Positions 25,074 through 36,081 of a stretch of DNA of 64,000 nt are shown piece after piece. The notes under the pieces are model-generated. The model saw nothing but the letters and a program-made list of their open reading frames with translations, had not been told where the DNA came from and ran no database searches. Within the stretch, counting starts at the first letter, position 1, and each line of letters opens with the position of its first letter. The position numbers and the translations under genes are program-made. The stretch is from Lingula anatina. Its lineage: Eukaryota; Animalia; Brachiopoda. Location: the NCBI GenBank assembly GCA_051362555.1, contig CM120643.1:9672001-9736000 (forward strand), written 5' to 3'.

Positions 25074-28004
25074 ACCTGTTGTCACAACTCCAGAGAACAC
25101 CCAGCACTGCCCAAACTGAACAGGTTTCTTTGTCTTGCAGTATTCTAACAGAATGGCCACACTACCAGCCCACTTAGTGGGGCGAGTGCCACCTTCATAA
25201 TTCCCAGACCAGTTACCAACCAGCACTCCATTATCATCAGGGGCATTCACCTGAAAAAAATGAATCAGTGCTTTTTTTACCAAATTAAATGTAAATCATA
25301 TTCATTGGTGTATTGTCATGTCCAAAAAAAACCAACACATGAACCTAAATTTATGGAATGAAATACTGTAGCCTTAAAAATAACTAAAAATAACTATTGA
25401 TTTATAATTTAGCTAATGTTGCATTATGATTGTATTATATTTTAACTCTGCCTTAATTCTTCAATTCACATTCGTCAAGTCGTCATATTTGAGTGTAAGT
25501 TCACCTTCTAATCTGACACCCTGCCATACAGTTAAGTTGCAGTTTCTTCTACAGTATACTCAGGGTAAGTGTTTGCCATTAATTTAGGCTGAAAGTTTGC
25601 CTGTCAAGTTTCAGGTTATTCAGTAGCAGCCCATTTTTCTGGTTTTTCAATGTTCATTTCCAAATCAAATTAATCAGATACCAGCAATGCATAAACATTC
25701 CTAAAATTCTGAATTTCACGGAGGATAATAATGGACTCATTTTTAAGGAGTTGACATATGCCGACTCAAGTTAGTGCCACAGTGAAAGTTATTCACAAAC
25801 ATCATACATGAAAAGACCAAAAGTGAGTTTTTTTTTTAGTTTTTATACAGTAAAGATAAAGAGCAGTACGTAGGCCATTATCCACCAGATTTTCCAATAA
25901 TTAATATTTTACCATTATTCCTACCAATGTAAGTCAATCTCAAAAGCTGAAATAACTGAAATTTAAATGCATGCATTCATAATTTGGAGCAGGATTGATA
26001 TTCATTATTTAAGCTGGTGGTCAAATCCATAAGGTATTTTAATAATAATATTTAAAATTATATTATATATATATATATATATTTTTTAAATTGAAATTTA
26101 CTTACAATAGCTGAAATCTTTCTGACAATTTGCACAGGGTTACCCCTAGCACTGGGGGCCAGGCCGCAATTATCCAACAAGGAGAGACAACAGTCCAACA
26201 CAAAGTCTTCAAACTGAAATTAATAAAGTGACTATAGATAATATGAAATACATTTTTCAAAGAGAAACAATGAAGGCAAAAAGAAAGGACATGACTGCAT
26301 GTGCTCAATCCCCACTTATGATAATCTACATGGAATGTACCTGTCTACAAACCAACACATGCACAATAATATAAAGATACATTTCAAACATTTTCAAGAG
26401 CCATAACATCCTCAGGTCTGCTGTTTATACATGAAGACGTTTATTCTGTAATCCAGAGCCTCCGTCCCAAAATTACAATTTCACTATCTTTTAACCACTA
26501 GTAGAAATCACATGTACTAAATACATATGTGTACACAGAAAAATACAAGAAGAATGCATACCTGTCCAAAGTTCCATGGTCTATATCTGATTTTTTTCTT
26601 ACTTCCAGTATAAATCCTTCCTGTTTCAGCCAGAACATACTCTTCACGATGGTCCTTTTCTGGCATGTACACTTGATCGTCTGTTTACAAAACATAGTTG
26701 AACACTTAGAATTGATGGAGGGTGTGTAATTCAATAATTATAACCTCTTCACTGCAATCAACAATTTGAAAGGCACTTATAAAACTTGTCTTAGACCCCA
26801 TTCCCAGAGATTAGATCGATCCAACTAGATCGACCTAACTCCCTGGGGGTTCACGCTAAATAGCTGTCAGTCGAGCGGGCAAGTTAATTACTCCCTTACA
26901 GCTTTTAGTAGGTGGGGCAGATGCTTAAGCCGGCTAAGCTGACAGTAATCTAGTGAGACTCCCCACAGGGATAGATCAATTTAAAATCTATGGGAATGGG
27001 GTCTTAAAGTTACATATTTGATTTTCACTACTGCACATTAAGGATGCAGAATGAACAGCTAACAAAAGGACACCTGTTAAAACTTTATATCAGACAAAAT
27101 TATAAGTTTTAAGCAAGTTAAAAATTAGGCTTTTCATAAAATTATCATTGGCAGACACAATGATGTAGGGAATTGTTTAAGTTTCCAAATAGTTCAAATA
27201 TCCACAAAAAAAGACAGTGGGAGAAAAAAAGACAGTTGTGGTTATCATTACTGCAGTGAATATCTTTTTATTTTTGTTCATTCAGCTCATCATGTAATCC
27301 CTCACTCAGTCATTCTTAAATTACCACTCAAGAGTCATCTGTTTACTCATTTATATCTAAGAACTGCTCTAGTACATGTACATTTAAAGTTTTATTAAAT
27401 CTATCAAATCTGAGATTCTAAAGGAGATATGCTCTGTGAAAATACACTACCAACACATTGGCATAAATAAGTTGTGCACCAAAATCACAGTTTACATTTT
27501 GACATACCTTCACACCATGGGTTAAACAGTATATAGACTTTGTTGGGATGAGCGTAGCGCAGAACTTCCACAGTTCCATCTTTCTTTTTCACAATGGTGT
27601 CCACGTTCAAGGTCCATTTTCCAACCTTACAATTGGGTGGTGTGGCAACGCTGACCGAGACTGTACTTTGGTCATTTCCAGTGACAGAGAGAATTTCAGC
27701 TCCCCAAGCCTTGGGTTTATCTTTGGCTGATACTTTGAAGGAAACTAGTGTTTCTTCTCCTGGCTTGGGGTTTGCTCCTACAATAATCGTATAGAAAAAA
27801 CTGTCATCATCAAACTCTATAAGAATACATGTACAGCACTGAAATTTGGTGAAATAGTTTTTTTATTTATTTCTCCTGTTTATTGGTTGTTAAAAACTCA
27901 ATAAAAACCTTGAACATGTTTAGCTTTCTTTTGGAATCAGTTTACTTTTTTACCACGTTGTAATGGTTTTCATTCAATAATATATCATTCTGATTTAATG
28001 GTCA

Positions 28005-28038
<34 letters not shown>

Positions 28039-31000
28039 CAAGAACATAAGTCATAAGTTTAAGTACCAAGATAATTAGAGAATAATAATAACTTTTTCTC
28101 CTCACCAAATTCAAAGGTCAACTTCACATCGTGGTTGTCTTTGTCAAATTTTCCATCCATACAGAGATCAATGACAAAGTCTTGACCTCTCCTGACAATG
28201 AACCATGGCTTCTGTGGTTCAGCGTTTACACCCAGCCAGGTTTTGGTTGCCTCGTATTGATCAGTGTGGTGCTCCTTTGAATTCTGGTCTATTTTGAAGT
28301 CGATGTCCTTGCACTTGACTGTGGTCACCTCTTTTTCAATCTCCACTGGGGCTCTTTCTAAAAAATAAAACAAATCAAAACACATAAACAGTTTCATCTG
28401 TGAAGAATTTCATTGGGCTATCATTTTTTTCATGTTTTTTACAGGATCTGAGATGTTTATAAAAGAAAAAAATTATATTATTGCTACAGACATATAGTAC
28501 TTATCCAAATAAGCCCTACCTTCTATAATTATGTGTTAAGTCATTGTAACAAACAGGGGCGTAACCAGACCTTTTAAAATTGTACGCACAGAATTTTAAA
28601 ATTCCCAGGTATAGCTAAATGTAGATCGACTTACGCAAAAGATGAAGGGCAGTTTAAATTATATGTGCCAAATATAATAGCTTAGTTTTCACCGTTTATA
28701 AAATCATTACTTAAAGTTTAAAATATTCCCTCAATATAATTAAGTTCCAGTAAATTATTTCACCCAGAACCAACGCTTTTTCCGGGATTGGGGTACAGGC
28801 CATACATAATTGCCATCTGTATCTTACTTCAAAATTTCAGGGCCTCAAACTTTTCCAAAAGCCGTGAGCGGGGGTGGGGGTGGGGTAAAAATTAATGGAA
28901 TCTTTTTTTAATAATAAATTTCATTGGGAAAGTGGGTTAAAAATAATTGATACCGATCTCCCGTCACGCTCTTCCACGAAAGAACGCCCTTGTATGAATA
29001 TAAAAATTGCCTTCTCGTCTCGCTCGGATCGCGAACGATCTCTGGCTGATGATCTTCTGCGAACGAAGTCCATTGAACGAATGAGAAAATTGCTTTCTCT
29101 TTTCGCTCAGATCATGCTCGATCTCCTGCTGAAGATACGAAAATTGGCTTCTCATCTCGCTGCGGTCGGTAACTATCTCTTGTTCCCGATCCTCGGTTAA
29201 CGAAGTCTCTTGAACAAATATGAAAATTGCCTTCTCGTCTCTTTCGGATTCCGAACAATCTCTCGCCGAAGATATAAAAATTGCCTTTGTTATGTATTAG
29301 CTTTGTCAGGTGCCATACGTATAAAGATCCGAAAGGTGTCCCCTTTCATAATTTGGCGGCAAGTTAGGTCATATTTCATTTAGGGCCTACACGTGTTTTG
29401 TACCGAATGTAGATCATTCTTGTCACTTCTGCATTATATATTTTAAAGTCAATGGAAACATTTTATTGTGTTTTGTAAGCTTTAGGTAGTAGTTACGTCG
29501 TGACTGAAAAACAGCGTGCACTACAAAGTAGTATAATATTCATACGTCAAATTACTGCAATGGATTTTCATACGACGTCCACAGCTGCCCCGACAAGTCA
29601 AGACTTTTTTAATCGTAAGCCATCCAGCCTTCTAAATTTGAAAACATAGGCCGTCCAGTGATGACAGCGGCCGTTCAATTGGCAGCTGGAGGGCTCGCTG
29701 AAAAAAGCCTTGCTTAGAATGGTATATTTATTGAACTAGGGGCTTACTGACACAAACTTTGAAAACATATGCAAATTATGCCCGCTTGTATCAAGCTAAA
29801 TTCTAAATAACGGTGAGGCACCTTTGTTCGATGTGGTTTGTTGCGGTTATCCCGAGTTGTCAGAATATAATCTTAAGAACAGTTGATCGTTGTAGGATTC
29901 TTACACCTTCTTGCTATCCATGGCAGGGCCGTAGCCTCCGGGGGGCTGGGGGGGCAGCTGCCCCCCCCCCCCCCCTGGAAATTGGGGTGCAAAAAAATGA
30001 TCGCAAAGGTAAAAAAAAAATTACAAAGTTTGTATCAATTATGTGAGAAAAGGCACTCATGGCCACTAGACAATCATTCAACAATCTGTTTACAAAGGTG
30101 TACTGTTTTTAGCCAACTCAGTTTATGCCAAAAAGCTCACCCTCCGTGTTGTGTGGAAAAAATGACTGTACTTATGACAAAATGAACCCACAATTTCTGA
30201 CTTCTGATTGACTAATAAATAACATTTAAAATGCACCAGAATGCAGTATTATACATACAGTTTTTAAAAATTTTCCACACCGTGGGAGGGGGGCCCCCCC
30301 CTCCCCCCTCGGGGGCTTCGCCCCCTCGTCTCCGCTTACTGCCCCCCCCCCCCCCCCCTGGCATTTTGCTCAGGCTACGGCCCTGCATGGTCAGCTTAAT
30401 GATGAATCTTCTAAAAGTTGAACTTATATATGGTATCATCCAAAATCAAACAATTATATTACAGGATAAAGCTCTGTTTGTTTGTGAAAATGCCCATATC
30501 ACCCTGTTAGTTTAGAGGGTTAAGCTGGGTCAAGTCCGTGTCAAAATTCTTTAGAGCTTTGCAGGAAATATTTTTTTGTTTCTCTGGCTCCTGATAAAGC
30601 CCGTTGTCCAGATTTTATCTAGTGTCCCCAGGTCTGCTGGAGCTGCTCTTTGAAAATAACACAGGTAGATTTTTATCTGAGATAAATCTCGCCAGCGAGT
30701 GTGCATTCGACACACTTAAGACAAAGGCTACCTGAGAGTTGAAGGGCATTCAAACCTCCAATTAAGAGGCAAAGGAAGATAGGACTTCTGGAGGTAGCTA
30801 AAATTGTTTATTTACCTCAGTTCTGTGAAAGCAAACGAGACGGGGGGCGTCAGAACAATGGTGCGTATACGATTCATACAGAAGATTTGTACATTCAGGT
30901 GACTCTAACTTGCAATCGAAGAGGATTTTCGATTATTTTTCGTGAAAAATACACTAAATTTATAGAGAATAATATCATGATTGGCTCAAAAAATTGTACG

Positions 31001-32777
31001 CACAGTGCATCCGTGCGTATGCCTAGTTACGCCCATGACAAAGTTTATTTAAAATTTTTTTCATCTATCAGTTCCCAACCTACGTTCAATAGGGTGACTC
31101 TCGTTTTCGCCCACACCCACACACATAATTGTAAAACCTAGCAAGTAATTTTATTCCAAAAGTCTTGGTTATAAATATTTACAACATTTCATAAACATAT
31201 TGTTCCTATAGAGAAAGAAAGAGGTAGTTATGAACCGGCACTTGCCTTACCCTATATATGGGTAGTATATAAATACATGTAAATCTATTTGAATGCTGGA
31301 AAAAATGTATTTACTACGCTTTAAAAAAGACAAACAGGTCGTATCAACTCCCTGCACTCTCCACTATTTTAAAATCTTTTCCTTTAATTCACATTTATTA
31401 TTGCAGTAAGGGCATGTTACAATACTGAAATATTTTTCTTTACATACCCATTGTATTTAGGTTTACTAGGCATTTTGCCTAAAAATTACAGTAAAAACAG
31501 GTAAAGAAGCTTTGATCTATTCATTTGTAAGAAACACTACTTCAGCTGAAAATTTTCTTTATAAGCTGACACATAAAATAATTTTTTTCACTTCGAATTA
31601 TTTCTTTTCAATTCCTCTGCAGCAAAATGACAGACAGTCCTGAAAATGGAAAATGTCTTGTTCAAGTACTAAATTTTAAATAGAGAATATTCCAGTACAT
31701 GCATCTCATCATGCACATCTTCAGCTGAATGAATTCCTGTAGTCAGCAATTTCAACAGGGGGGGGGGGGGTCTGTTCTATACCTGTACCTGTCTCCGGCT
31801 TACTTTAGCTACTGTTCTATACCTGTACCTGTCTCTGGTTTACTAACTACTGTTCTAATACCTGTACCTGTATCTGGCTTACTATAGCTACTGTTCTAAT
31901 ACCTGTACCTGTATCTGGCTTACTATAGCTACTGTTCTATACCTGTACCTGTCTCTGGTTTACTAGCTACTGTTCTATACCTGTACCTGTCTCTGGCTTA
32001 CTATAGCTACTGTTCTATACCTTTACCTGTCTCTGGTTTACTATAGCTACTGTTCTATACCTGTACCTGTCTCTGGTTTACTAGCTACTGTTCTATACCT
32101 TTACCTGTCTCTGGTTTACTATAGCTACTGTTCTATACCTGTACCTGTCTCTGGTTTACTATAGCTACTGTTCTATACCTGTACCTGTCTCTGGTTTACT
32201 ATAGCTACTGTTCTATACCTTTACCTGTCTCTGGCTTACTATAGCTACTGTTCTATACCTGTACCTGTCTCTGGTTTACTATAGCTACTGTTCTATACCT
32301 GTACCTGTCTCTGGTTTACTATAGCTACTGTTCTATACCTGTACCTGTCTCTGGTTTACTATAGCTACTGTTCTATACCTGTACCTGTCTCTGGTTTACT
32401 ATAGCTACTGTTCTATACCTGTACCTGTCTCTGGTTTACTAGCTACTGTTCTATACCTGTACCTGTCTCTGGTTTACTATAACTACTGTTCTATACCTGT
32501 ACCTGTACCTGTCTCTGGTTTACTATAGCTACTGTTCTATACCTTTACCTGTACCTGTCTCTGGTTTACTAGCTACTGGACCAGCTGGTCTGGCTGGGGC
32601 ACCATTGGTTGTGCCAGCTGGGTTACTAGCTGGAGTGTCGGCCGCCCAACGCCCAACTCCATAGGTGCCCCTGTTGGTGGACCTGGCGTTAGCGTTATTG
32701 GCGTTAACACCACCAATGTTGGCCCTTTCTGGCTGAGGTCCATTCTCTGTATCTCCCTTACTTGTTCCACAACCCAT
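17492..32777 (-). CDS. Transglutaminase (protein-glutamine gamma-glutamyltransferase), paralogue TG-1, ~799 aa, MGCGTS N-terminus
   Basis: 15 GT-AG exons in frame, total 2400 nt: 32549-32777, 28106-28357, 27508-27777, 26562-26680, 26106-26213, 25076-25250, 24216-24354, 23968-24071, 23098-23260, 21803-21882, 21153-21259, 19934-20135, 19272-19441, 18821-18960, 17492-17633. Motifs VRRGQ, LFNPWC, PWNFGQFE, FGQCWVF (catalytic Cys at 25104-25106), [25 protein letters not shown]. Confidence 0.95.
17814..18060. repeat. 29-bp minisatellite (~8.5 copies) with an 87-bp higher-order period, last intron of TG-1
   Basis: Unit CATCAGGCCAGTTCCCCAGTTTCCCATCA; every third unit is the variant GCTCCCC…CCCACCA. 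Confidence 0.92.
18189..18555. mobile_element. Non-autonomous hAT-like element with 6-bp TSD
   Basis: TIRs CAGACATGCTGAAA / TTTCAGCATGTCTG; CTCTCC directly repeated on both flanks; repeated CGGACC subterminal motifs. Confidence 0.75.
18724..18805. mobile_element. Tiny Tc1/mariner-type MITE
   Basis: TA-CAGGGTG…CACCCTG-TA termini with a hairpin-like interior. Confidence 0.7.
19666..19908. mobile_element. Long-TIR MITE with 5-bp TSD (hAT5-like)
   Basis: CAGGCCTTATAAACAG… / …CTGTTCATAAGGCCTG, ~55-bp imperfect TIRs; ATCTA on both flanks. Confidence 0.82.
23314..23955. repeat. Degenerate ~41-bp minisatellite plus a ~130-bp segmental duplicate in TG-1 intron 8
   Basis: Unit GTGTGACAATGAACCAGGATGTGAATATTTGGATGTGTTAG; AGGTACA…CCTGCTCAAAGTGAAATATCTT duplicated near 23314 and 23622. 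Confidence 0.85.
24640..25030. mobile_element. MITE family B (partial copy plus full copy)
   Basis: GAGTGCATTCAGAAC…GTTCAGAATGGACTC termini; interior homologous to 37460-37747. Confidence 0.65.
26794..27003. mobile_element. PIF/Harbinger-like MITE family A
   Basis: TIRs GACCCCATTCCCA / TGGGAATGGGGTC, TTA on both flanks. Confidence 0.85.
28554..31037. mobile_element. 2.5-kb non-autonomous hAT-like element with 5-bp TSD in TG-1 intron 1
   Basis: CAGGGGCGTAACCAG / CTAGTTACGCCCATG termini; ACAAA on both flanks; AAAATTGTACGCACAG near both ends; CpG-richer than the host intron. Confidence 0.75.
29924..30385. mobile_element. Nested hAT-like MITE with 5-bp TSD
   Basis: 14-bp perfect TIR CAGGGCCGTAGCCT / AGGCTACGGCCCTG; CATGG on both flanks; G/C homopolymer subterminal tracts. 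Confidence 0.88.
31771..32578. repeat. ~40-bp minisatellite (~20 copies) spanning the TG-1 exon-1 donor
   Basis: Unit CTGTACCTGTCTCTGGTTTACTATAGCTACTGTTCTATAC with 38-46 bp variants; the last copy is the coding end of exon 1. Confidence 0.95.
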
Positions 32778-33631
32778 GGTATATTAAAATAACAGTCTTC
32801 TTCCTCCAGCACGTACAGAAAACTGTTTCAAAATGCCACAAAGCTCACTTAAGTATGTCTCATAACAGGAAAGTTAGTCTGTAACTACTGGAGTCCCGAC
32901 TGGGTTCACTTAACTGATTATTCACTAGATGTTATCCTACATTCAACTCTCCTGAGGTAGGTGACCCAAGTCATAACAAATATCTTTATGCATGCACTCA
33001 GACTGTCATTGTTGTATTTGAATGGTTACCAGTGGCTTCACCAAACCTTATTGTTCAGATCTTTTGTTGTTAGTTTTGCTGTTTACTCAGAGGCTTTAAG
33101 CGACACACAAATCAATAACAAATGCACTGGGATACCATACATGCTTTATTGCTGTACTTATTTTTACAGCTCTTTGAGGACATCTGAGTACAGACTTTAA
33201 AATTTTTATTTCAGGGGCATTACAAGTGCTGATATAAGTTCGATTTATTACCTGACGTTTCAATGAATATAATTAGAGACGTTATTTTGCTCTTTATATT
33301 CTGGGTACAATACATTTTTGTGGGCATTGTTGACTATATGCATTAAGGCTGCAAAAAACGCAAAACAAATTGACTCAGTTACTATTTGCAGAGTGACGTT
33401 CCATGGCAATTTGACTACCTAGTAACCACAAACAGCAGAACCAAGACTATAAAATATATGTTGCAGTATGCATATCCAGAATATAAATACGGGTGTGGAA
33501 AATAAATGATTCAGTAGTTGTTTAGCGCGTCTATCTAACATGTCATAAATAAATGGCTATTTACAATACACACATTGATTAGTTCACTTGTTTCAGCTGG
33601 TGGGGAAAATATTGTATTTACTAGTATGTAC

Positions 33632-34016
33632 CTGCAACTCCTGTTGTGGCTGTTGGTCCGTATACATGGACATTACTACAACGATGTCTACTGGTAGGCT
33701 CAGCTGGCTGTCTGCGTCCTGCGCCACCATAATGACGATACACACTACTCCAAAACCAGTTGATGTATTCTAAAGAAAAAGCCACATGCAATTATAAATT
33801 CTAAGAGTACCACCAAATTCCGTTTCTCATAATTCTCTGTACTACTGAAGTTTTAGTGTAGCAGCAATTACAAAGAAAACTGTCGACCTGAAGGTAGTTA
33901 GGTGTTGCTAAATGGTGCAATGAGCATAGCTCTGCTTTCTATATTTGCATGGATATACCGATACAATATTAACGTATTTATAATTAATATGCTTATGCAG
34001 TGTTACCTCTGTACAT
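33632..34016 (-). CDS. Putative alternative 5' coding exons of TG-1 (non-myristoylated isoform)
   Basis: 34007-34016 (caaccATG TAC AGA G|gtaac) plus 33632-33769 (138 nt, phase 1-1, no stops) give MYREYINWFWSSVYRHYGGAGRRQPAEPTSRHRCSNVHVYGPTATTGVA, in frame with exon 28106-28357. Confidence 0.6.
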
Positions 34017-34735
34017 GGTTGCTCTGTCACTGTCAGGCTCGAAGCTTGTTGTCGGAGGCACACCTGTTGTTAAGTCTACCTGGAGGATCCTTAATGGGAG
34101 GTTGTCAACACCTTGTGACTTGTACCTGTAGGTCTACCTGGTTTGATAACTGGACCCTTATAAAAACGCCCAAGCACTTGGATCGATCTTCGTTTTCTAA
34201 AAGAATAAAAAAGACGTGCACCACGAATCCAATCATGCACTACCTGTATGTTTGTATTGTAAACACAAGCAGTATGGAATATATGCAACGTTTACAACAT
34301 GTACTTCTACTGTGCTTGTTATATACATACTGATGAACGAAGTTCAAGATTGTCCAAGCTCGGTACCTGCAGCAAATCGCCCACTCAAGGCCTTCACATA
34401 ACCGTGTGCCTTCCACGTATTTTACTTACAAACCTTTAAAGGCGCAATGAGGGTGCACAAACAGCGTTCATTCAAACAACTGACAATGCTTACCTTTCAC
34501 GTTGTCAGGTGGGGCGACAACGCAGTGCACATATAGGGCCTGTAGGCTGTAGAAAATTGAGGACCGACTCGTTCCGCGGGTGGACACACTTCACGCACGC
34601 ATGCACCCGTCGTGGTTTAGATTACAAAATCAGATAGGCCTACTGCTATTATATTATTTGCACTCTTGTATATCATATACACTTCACCGTCTCGTGACCG
34701 ATGGTAAATTTATTACATGGTTAAGTCAGCTTAGT

Positions 34736-34981
34736 CAGGGGCGGATCCAGGATTATTTGAATAAGGTGGGGTCCGGAAGTCCAAGCCTCGGATGGGAAGC
34801 CGACAATTGCCCCTTTCAACGGCCCCGAAAAAATGGTGTTTTGGAAAGCAAACAGTGCCCTTTGGTACGGTTAAAAACTATGATTTATCTTGTCAAAATT
34901 CTTATTTCAAGAGGGGAATATTGGTGTGATATTTTTTTCAAAAACCGAAGTGGGGGGGGGGGGGGGGGGGGTCCGCCACTG
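34736..34981. mobile_element. hAT-like MITE (CAGGGGCGGATCC family)
   Basis: CAGGGGCGGATCC / GGGTCCGCCACTG termini; related to 44473, 44883 and 50528; TSD not clean. Confidence 0.65.
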
Positions 34982-35219
34982 ATTTGTACTTCATCTCACA
35001 GAGAGCCAGTCTCTAGTACAGAGTAGAAGAGGAGATACGTTTTACTTTGATGCAAATGCGAACCCGAACATTCAGCATATTTTTCTTCTGTAAGATTATT
35101 AAATTATGTATTGCCCGCTTATCACATGTTTGTTTGGTGAATGTAAAAAGCACAAAGGACGACTTCTATTATAACATAGGCCTACTGGTGTTTTAACTTG
35201 GGGCATATCATTATATTCC

Positions 35220-35285
<66 letters not shown>

Positions 35286-36081
35286 AAATCAAAAAATAAA
35301 ATTAAAAAATAAAATCAAATTCCGCAGCATTTATTCATAATTTGAACCGATTGAAACAAAGCAAAGAAATGCGATAGTCAATTTTTTCTTGTTGGCGTGA
35401 GCGTGTGTTTGCAAGGTAGCTTTGATTGTCTGTATGCAAGTGGAGTTTAAACACGAATCGTGTCTCCGGGTGCTGCTCCACAGTAACGCGCCACCTTGTT
35501 TGAAAACCCCACTGGCTATTATTATATTATATAACGCCGCCTTAATAATGATAATAAAAATAATAACAAACAGATAAAATATACCCAGTATATGTCTTAT
35601 TTCGAGAGGTTAAAGTAATTTAAAAGTTCATTTCTGATTAATTCATAATGTGTCAAACAGTCAAAAGTTTTAGTATCTTGTGCACGATAAATCCCAGTGA
35701 TGTCGCGATGATGCTGCATTAAAGCCCCACGTGTATTTTCGTCATTCGTAATTTCATGGTCCTTCGTCTCCAATTCTGAAATATTTGGGGTTTTATATGA
35801 GATTGTGTTAAACAGTTGTTTTGTCCTCACTTCATGCATAATTACTAATTTAATAAAGGTAAGCCCTTGCATAAACATGCTACAGAAGTATTGGTATGAC
35901 AAAAACACACACACACACACACACATCTATGAACATAACTGTATAAGTAAATTTCAAAATTGATAAAAAAAAAAAAAACAAAACAACGATGAAAATCAAT
36001 ATATTATTGTTATTTTATGTGAACATAAATACATTAGCAAAGTGAAAATAACACTTAACCGAAGACAAATACCTCTAGGCT

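Noticed and set aside
31771-32578. CRISPR-like regular array
   Set aside because: Units are contiguous with no unique spacers, there are no cas genes, and the context is a eukaryotic intron.
33902-35026. 143-aa and 148-aa plus-strand ORFs
   Set aside because: Non-ATG starts, no recognisable motifs; one is antisense to candidate TG-1 5' exons and the other runs through a MITE.
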